A DNA stretch of 56,504 nucleotides, the filler included, from Somniosus microcephalus (taxonomy: Eukaryota): NCBI GenBank assembly GCA_052327205.1. It is 3 parts of 3 records of this genome, joined end to end, with 100 filler letters (N's around TTAATTAATTAA, not from the genome) between each part and the next. Parts side by side here need not be neighbours in the genome. Positions count along the whole stretch, not along the records: positions 35,534 to 56,504 come from CM126203.1; 2 more parts are not named here. The stretch is one strand, 5' to 3'. Positions 48,926-56,504 of the stretch are shown here, in pieces; the stretch's first letter is position 1; each line of letters starts with the position of its first letter. The position numbers and the translations under genes were made by a program. The notes beneath the pieces were generated by a model, which saw nothing but the letters and a program-made list of their open reading frames with translations, was not told the origin of the DNA and searched no databases.

Positions 48926-49850
48926 CGCATCTCTAATTTCCCATTTAATGCCATCCCCAACCTTAGCATTACTGTTTGGGGGTCTGTATACAACTCCCAC
49001 TAACGTTTTCTGCCCCTTGGTATTTTTCAGCTCTACCCATACAGATTCCACATCATCAGAGCTAAGATCCTTCCTTACTATTGTGTTAATCTCCTCATTA
49101 ACCAGCAATGCTACCCCACTGCCTTTTCCTTTTTGCCTGTCCTTCCTGAATATTGAATACCCCTGGATGTTGAATCCCCAGCCTTGGCCACCCTGGAGCC
49201 ATGTCTCCATAATCCCAATGATATCATATCCGTTTACATCTATTTGCGCAGCTAATTCATCCACCTTATTACAAATGCTCCTCGCATGAAGACACAAAGC
49301 CTTCAGGCTTGTTTTTTTTAACATTCTTAGACCTTTTAGAATTATTGTTTACTGCGGCCATGTTTGATTTACACCCTTGATTTCTCTGACTTCCACTTTT
49401 GCTTTTCTCCTTCCTGTCTTTTGCTTCTATCCTTGCTTCCCTTTCCTCTGTCTCCCTGCACAGGTTCCCAACCCCCTGCCATTTTAGTTTAAACCCTCCC
49501 CAACAGCACTAGTAAACACTCCCCCTAGGACATCGGTCCCGGTCCTGCCCAGGTGCAAACCATCCAGTTTGTACTGGTCCCACCTCCCCCAGAACCGGTT
49601 CCAATATCCCAGGAATTTGAATCCCTCCCCCTTACACCATTATCCTAGCCACGTATTCATCTGAAATATCCTTCTATTTCTACTCTGACTGGCACGTGGC
49701 ACTGGTAGCAATCCTGAGATTACTACCTTTGGAGGTCCTATTTTTTAATTAACCTCCTAACTCCCTATATTCAGCTTTTAGGACCTCATCCCGTTGTTTA
49801 TCTATATCGTTGGTACCTATATGCACCACGGCAACTGGCTGTTCACCCTC
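48926..49850 (-). mobile_element. CR1 ORF1 end and ORF2 APE start
   Basis: VVHIGTNDI; LHARSICNKVDEL..IIGIMETWL..GVVYRPPN. Confidence 0.8.
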
Positions 49851-49873
49851 CCCACAACCCCCCCCCCCCCCCA

Positions 49874-50058
49874 GAATTCCCTCCTTAAACCTTTCCGCCT
49901 CTCCATCCTTTTTAAGATGCTTCTTAAAATCTATCTCTGGTAATATCTCATTATATGGGTTGGTTTCAAATTTTGTTTGATAACGCTCCTGTGAGGTGCC
50001 TGGCACGTTTTAATACATTACAGGCCCTATATAAATGCAACTTGTTGTTGTTGTTGTG
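49874..50058 (+). mobile_element. L2 tail
   Basis: ctatataaatgcaac(ttg)n. Confidence 0.75.
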
Positions 50059-50059
50059 T

Positions 50060-51182
50060 CTATGGCCTTTCAAAAAGGGTTTGGCAAAGTAACACAATAG
50101 ACTGGTTAGCAAAATTAAAGCCCATGGGATTAAAGGAACTGTGGCAGCATGGGTACAAAATTGGCTGAAGAACAGAAAGCATTTGTTTCTCAGACTGGAG
50201 GGAGGTATACAATGGTGTTCCCCAGGGTTCAGAATTAGGACCACTGTTTTTTTTAATATATATTAACAACCTGGACTTGGGTATACAAGGCATAAATTTC
50301 AAAGTTTACAGATGACACGAAACTTGGAAATGTAGTAAACAATGAGGAAGATAGTAACAGAATTCAGAAGGAAATGGGCAGACACATGGCAGATGAATTT
50401 CAACACAGAAGTGTGAGGTGGTAAGTTTTGGTAGGAAGAATTAGGAGAGGCAATATGAACTAAGTGGTACAATTTTAAAAGGGGGTGCAGGAAGAGAGAG
50501 ACCTGGGGGTGTATGTACACAAATCTTTGAAGGTGGTAGCACAAGTTGAAAAGGCTGTTAAAAAAGCATTGCTTCATCATTAATACAGGAATAGCATACA
50601 AAAGCAAAGAAGTTATGTTGAACCTTTACAAAACACTGGTTAGGCTTCAGCTGAAGTATTGTGTTCATTTCTAGGCACCACACTTCGAGAAGGATGTCAA
50701 GGCCTTAGAGGGTGCAGAAGAGATTTACTAAAATGGTACCAGGGTTGAGGGACTTCAGTTAGACTGGAGAAGCTGGGGTTGTTCTCCTTAGAGCAGAGAA
50801 GATTAAGAGGAGATTTGATAGAGGTGTTCAAAATCATGAATGGTTTTGATAGAGGAAATAAAGAGAAACGGTTACCAGTGGCAGAAGGGTCGGTAACCAG
50901 AGGACACAGATTGAAGGTGATTGGCAAAACAACCAGAGGCGACATGAGGAAAGATTTTTTTACAGCGAGTTGTTGTGATCTGGAAAGCACTGCCAGAAAG
51001 GGTGGTGGAAGATTTAGTAGTAACAGTCAAAAGATAATTAGATAAATACTTGGGGAAAAAAATTACTGGGCTATGGAGAAAGAGCAAGGGAGTGGGATTA
51101 ATTAGATAGCTCTACCAAAGAGCCAGCACAGGCACGATGGGCCGAATGGCCTCCTTCTGTGCTGTATCATTCTATGATTCTA
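50060..51182 (+). mobile_element. CR1 RT to 3' end, degenerate
   Basis: ggtgttccccagggttcag, gatgacacgaaact, (attctatg)n tail. Confidence 0.85.
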
Positions 51183-51556
51183 ACTCATTGGGAGCATGTA
51201 CTCAGCAATCCTTGTTTTGGGGTGGTTTGGTTTTTAATTGACAGGCCATTTGTTAGACATTAACAGATTTGTCTTCTTGCTGCAGCTCTAGTGCAGCTGG
51301 CAAATCCCCGCTTCCAACTGCTTCATGATAACTCCTTTACTGAGAGTATAATTGTGCAGCATGTTGCACACCACTACTATTTTGGATATATTTTGCAGGG
51401 CTGTACACTAGCACACGCCCAGATACCTCTAAACAGCAGAATCTTTGCTTCAGCGTGCCTGTGGTAAGCTCTATTCTTATTATGGAAGCATTTTTTTTTT
51501 AATTCGCTGGATCTGGGTGTCGCTGGCAAGGCCAGCATTTATTGCCCATCCCTAGT

Positions 51557-52259
51557 TGTGCTAAACCTTTATAAAACACTGGTTAGGCCTTAGCTGGAGT
51601 ATTGTGTTCAATTCTGGGCACCCAACTTGAGGAAGGATGTCAAGGCTGTGGAGAGGGCGCAGAAGAGACTTACTGGACTGGGACCAGGGATGAGGGACTT
51701 AAGTTATCTGGAGAAGCTGGGGCTTTTCTCCTTGGAGCAGAGAAGGTTAAGATGAGATTTGATAGAGGTGTTCAAAATCATGAATGGTTGATACCTGGGA
51801 TGGCAGGAATGACGTATGAGGAGAGATTGGGTCGATTGGGCTTGTACTCGCTGGAGTTTAGAAGAATGAGAGGGGATCTCATTGAAACTTATAAAATTCT
51901 AACAGGACCAGACAGACTAGATGCAGGAAGGATGTTCCCGATGGTCGGGGAGTCCAGAACCAGGGGTCACAGTCTAAGGATAAGGGGTAAGCCATTTAGG
52001 ACAGAGATGAGGAGAAATTTCTTCACCCAGAGTGGTGAACCTGTGGAATTTTCTACCACAGAAGGCAGTGGAGGCCAATTCATTAAATATATTCAAGGAG
52101 TTGGATATATTTCTTAAGGCTAAAGGGATCAAGGGATATGGGGAGAAAGCAGAGACAGGGTACTGAATTTGGATGATCAGCCATGATCTCGTTGAATGGC
52201 GGAGCAGGCTCGAGGAGCCGAATGGCCTACTCCTGCTCCTATCTTCTATGTATTTATGT
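51557..52259 (+). mobile_element. Two fused CR1 fragments (junction about 51787)
   Basis: Second part matches the young subfamily at 11410-12048. Confidence 0.8.
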
Positions 52260-52474
52260 ACCGAGGGCTAAATACTCCAGAATCTTTAGAGGAGTACAGA
52301 AAGTGTAGGGGTGCAATTAAAAATGATATTAGGAATGCAAAGAGAGAGCATGAAAAATTCTTGGCAAGTAAAATCAAGGAAAACTCAAAGATGTTTTATA
52401 AATATATTAAGAGTAAGAGGATAACTAAAGAAAGGGTAGTGCCTATTAGAGATCGTGTGTGTGTGGTGTTGTGT

Positions 52475-52541
<67 letters not shown>

Positions 52542-54093
52542 TGTATCCCAGGCTGTTAAGCGAAGCAAAAGAGGAAATAGCAGAGGCCCTGACCATCATT
52601 TTGCAATCCTCTCTGGCTTCAGGTGTGGTGCCAGAGGACTGGAGGACTACTAATGTGGTACCCTTGTTTAAAAAGGGAGAAAAGGATAGACCGAATAATT
52701 ACAGGCCAGTCAGCCTAACCTCGGTGGTGGAAAAATTATTGGAAAGAATTCTGAAGGACAGGATAAATCTTCATTTAGAAAGACACGGATTAATCAAGGA
52801 TAGTCAGCACGGATTTGTTAAGGGAAGGTCATGTCTGACAAACTTGATTGAATTTTTTGAGGAGGTAACAAGGAGGGTAGATGAGGGTAGTGCGTTTGAT
52901 GTAGTGTATATGGACTTTAGCAAGGCTTTTGATAAAGGTTCCACATGGCAGACTGGTCATGAAGTTAAAAGCCCATGGGATCCAAGGCAAAGTGTCAAGT
53001 TGGATTCAAAACTGGCTCGGAGACAGGAAGCAGAGGGTAATGGTTGATGGGTGTTTTTGTGACTGGAAGGCTGTTTCCAGTGGGGTTCCGCAGGGCTCAG
53101 TACTAGGTCCCTTGCTTTTTGTGGTATATATCAACGATCTTGACTTGAATATAGGGAGTATGATTAAGAAGTTTGTAGATGATACTAAAATCGGCTGTGT
53201 GGTTGGTACTGAAGAAGGAAGCTGTAGACTGCAGGAAGATATGAATAAATTGGTCAGGTGGGCAGAACAGTGGCAAATGGAATTCAATCCGGAGAAGTGT
53301 GAGGTAATGCATTTGGGGAAGGTTAACAAGGAAAGGGAACACACATTAAATGGTAGGACACTGAGTAGTGTAGAGGAACAAAGGGACCTTGGAGTGCATG
53401 TCCACAGATCCCTGAAGGTAGCAGGCCAAGTAGATAAGGTGGTTAAGAAGGCATATGGAATGCTTGCCTTTATTAGCCATTGCACAGAATACAAAAGCAG
53501 GGGGGTTATGCTTCAACTGTATAAAACACTAGTTAGGCCTCAGCTAGAGTACTGCGTGCAGTTCTGGTCACCACGTTACAGGAAATATGTGATTGCACTA
53601 GAGAGGGTACAGAGGAGATTTACAAGGATGTTGCCAGGAGTAGAGAATCTTAGCTATGAAGAAAGACTGGATAGGCTGGGTCTGTTTCCCTTGGAACAGA
53701 GGAGGCTGAGGGGAGACCTTATTGAGGTGTATAAAATTATGAGGTGCATAGATAAAGTGGATAGAAAGGACCCATTTCCCTTCGCAGAGGAGTCAAAAAC
53801 CAGGGGGCACAGATTTAAAGTAATTGGTGGAAGGTTTAGAGGGGATTTGAGGGGAAATTTCTTCACCCAGAGGGTTGTGGGGGTCTGGAACTCGCTGCCT
53901 GAAAGGGTGGTAGAGGCAGGAACCCTAACCACATTTAAAAAGTACTTGGGCGTGCACTTGGGATGCTGTAACCTGCAGGGCTACGGACCAAGAGCTGGGA
54001 AGTGGGATTAGGCTGGATAGCTCTTTGTTGGCCGGCGCAGAGATGATGGGCCGAAATGGCCTCCTTCCGTGCAGTAACTTTCTAATGATTCTA
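52260..54093 (+). mobile_element. CR1 ORF2 RT to 3' end, frameshift near 52937
   Basis: NYRPVSLTS, DFSKAFDK, GVPQGSVLGP, FVDDTK; (GT)n at 52456-52538. Confidence 0.9.
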
Positions 54094-54270
54094 AATATCC
54101 AACAGGGGTGCCATAAAATCTAGCAGAGAGGAGCTGGCAAACTTAAAGTTCAAAAACAAAAAAACAAACACTATGCGGTAGATTTTAACTGTTGTCGTTG
54201 AGGGGGAATTGGGCCTCAGCAGGTTGGTTGCCCGTTTTGCAACCCGCCCGATTTTCCTTTTATAAAATTA

Positions 54271-54386
54271 CTAGCTGGAGTGCCCGGCGGTGCCGAGGGT
54301 TTTTTGAGGGCATGTTGTTATGAAAAAGTAGAAATAATTTTTGATATATATATATAAATGAGTTTGTCTGTCTGTCTGTGTGGGAA

Positions 54387-54419
<33 letters not shown>

Positions 54420-54812
54420 GGGGGGAGAGGGGCCTGGGGATCGAGAGAGAGACTGGGGGGAGAAGAGAGCGACTGGGGGGAAGAGAAAGAGAGAGAGACT
54501 GGGGGGAAGAAAAAGAGAGAGACTGGGGGGGGGGGGAAGAGAAAGAGAGAGAGACTGGGGGGAAGAGAAAGAGAGACTGGGGGGGAGAGAGAGAGAGACG
54601 GGGGAGAGAGAGAGAGAGACTGGGGGGAGAGAGAGAGACTGGNNNNNNNNNNNNNNNNNNNNNNNNNNNNNNNNNNNNNNNNNNNNNNNNNNNNNNNNNN
54701 NNNNNNNNNNNNNNNNNNNNNNNNNNNNNNNNNNNNNNNNNNNNNNNNNNNNNNNNNNNNNNNNNNNNNNNNNNNNNAGAGACTGGGGGGGAGAGAGAGA
54801 GAGAGAGAGAGA
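54271..54812 (-). mobile_element. Helitron-type non-autonomous element 3' end with GA-rich minisatellite
   Basis: 54271-54329 is the inverted match of about 35551-35610 (hairpin + CTAG|T); followed by (TA)n, (GTCT)n and gagactggggggaagagaaagaga units. Confidence 0.65.
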
Positions 54813-55463
54813 GAACTAGGCCAATATCCATTAATAATCACTATCCAAAAAAGAGCCACCAAATTTTGGAATCACCTACAAATGAGCAACCCCAATGCTA
54901 TCATTACGACGCCCTGAAATGCCAAGAGCTGACCATAAAGAAGAATACCCTCAGTCAACTAGTCCTGGGACTCAGTGAAGTAAATACTAACAATACCCAA
55001 CCCCAGGACAGTGACAGGGTAACACAAAGAATTCGACCCAACACAATCGGCGCTAAGCAAAAGGAAAATTATCTGACATATTGGGCAGAAACAACAAAAA
55101 CCCAAAGCAAACTCAATTGCTACCTGGCCCTAAACAGACAATACAACATAGCTGATTACCTGACCATGGTAAAGGATAACAAACTGAGAAGAACCTTGAC
55201 AAGGTACAGACTTAGCGAACATAGCCTAGCGATCGAAAAAGGCAGACACAGGCAGACCAGGCTGCCAAGAGAAGACAGGATATGCTCTCACTGCAGTCAG
55301 GGAGTAGTGGAGACAGAGATGCACTTCCTCACAGCCTGTGGAAAATATCAGGGCATCAGGGAGAATTTCTACCAAAAATTCTCACAAATATGCCCTGAAT
55401 TCCGAAATCTGAATGACAACCAAAAACTCCCATACCTACTGGGGGAGGAGAGAAGCTGTGTAA
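54813..55463 (+). mobile_element. 5'-truncated second copy of the RTEX-like LINE
   Basis: Near-identical to about 34379-35038 with scattered substitutions and one short indel; 3' end lost in Ns. Confidence 0.9.
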
Positions 55464-55963
55464 NNNNNNNNNNNNNNNNNNNNNNNNNNNNNNNNNNNNN
55501 NNNNNNNNNNNNNNNNNNNNNNNNNNNNNNNNNNNNNNNNNNNNNNNNNNNNNNNNNNNNNNNNNNNNNNNNNNNNNNNNNNNNNNNNNNNNNNNNNNNN
55601 NNNNNNNNNNNNNNNNNNNNNNNNNNNNNNNNNNNNNNNNNNNNNNNNNNNNNNNNNNNNNNNNNNNNNNNNNNNNNNNNNNNNNNNNNNNNNNNNNNNN
55701 NNNNNNNNNNNNNNNNNNNNNNNNNNNNNNNNNNNNNNNNNNNNNNNNNNNNNNNNNNNNNNNNNNNNNNNNNNNNNNNNNNNNNNNNNNNNNNNNNNNN
55801 NNNNNNNNNNNNNNNNNNNNNNNNNNNNNNNNNNNNNNNNNNNNNNNNNNNNNNNNNNNNNNNNNNNNNNNNNNNNNNNNNNNNNNNNNNNNNNNNNNNN
55901 NNNNNNNNNNNNNNNNNNNNNNNNNNNNNNNNNNNNNNNNNNNNNNNNNNNNNNNNNNNNNNN

Positions 55964-56504
55964 CTCCACCTCCTCCCACTCCACAACCCACCACCACCAC
56001 CCACACCACTCCTCCACCACCACCTCCCACCCCACCTCCTCCACCACCACCACCACCCACACCACACCACCACCACCTCCACCCTCACCACAACCACCTC
56101 CCCTCCTCCCACTCCACACCTCCACCACCTCCCACCTCCACTCCTCCTCCTCCACCACCTCCCTCACCACACCTCCACCACCTCCACCACTCCACTTCCA
56201 CCTCCACCTCCACCACCCTCTCCACATCCACCACCACCTCCACCACCCTCTCCACCTCCTCCTCCTCCACCCTCACCTCTCCTCCACCACCACCTCCCAC
56301 TCCTCACCTCCTCCACCTCCTCCCACACCACTCCTCCTCCTCCACCTCCTCCCACCTCCTCTCCCTCTCCTCCCCTCCACTCCTCCACCTCCTCCTCTCC
56401 TCTCCTCCACCTCCACCTCCTCCCTCTCCTCTCCACACCTCCTCCTCCTCCCACTCCTCATCCACCTCCTCCTCCCACTCCACCTCCACCTCTCCTCTCC
56501 ACCT
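55964..56504. repeat. (CCA/CCT)n low-complexity tract
   Basis: Direct. Confidence 0.9.

Noticed and set aside
35551-54329. 19-kb transposon bounded by 60-bp inverted repeats
   Set aside because: The CTAG ends face inward and the shared minisatellite lies outside, which fits two separate Helitron-type 3' ends rather than TIRs
54260-56504. ORFs rich in S/L/P, E/R/G or G/V/W
   Set aside because: Translations of low-complexity repeats and Ns

Overview
Eukaryotic, repeat-dense genomic DNA, most likely from a shark or other cartilaginous fish (inferred from HE1/V-SINE, SacSINE1-like DeuSINEs and abundant CR1, Zenon-like, L2 and Penelope elements). Two 100-nt spacers (44 N + TTAATTAATTAA + 44 N at 11065-11164 and 35434-35533) look like artificial contig linkers, so the window is probably three pieces whose adjacency is unproven. 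The only host gene recognised is the last coding exon of a sodium/glucose cotransporter (SLC5A1-like, 5696-5907). The rest is mostly nested transposon fragments. The most notable items are: (1) a young, near full-length RTEX-like LINE (esterase ORF1, APE-RT ORF2) plus a second truncated copy, both joined at their 5' end to GA/GT microsatellite; (2) two Helitron-type 3' ends carrying a GA-rich minisatellite, one of which hosts the LINE; (3) a three-exon Harbinger-type Myb/SANT gene with three separate tandem arrays and a downstream LTR; (4) two Tc1/pogo-type MITEs in the same CR1 subfamily 3' end in the same relative orientation; (5) a Penelope element with a minimal hammerhead ribozyme motif; (6) a Vingi-like fragment in a three-level nest. 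Family names come from motif recognition by eye, not database searches. Boundaries of old repeats are approximate.
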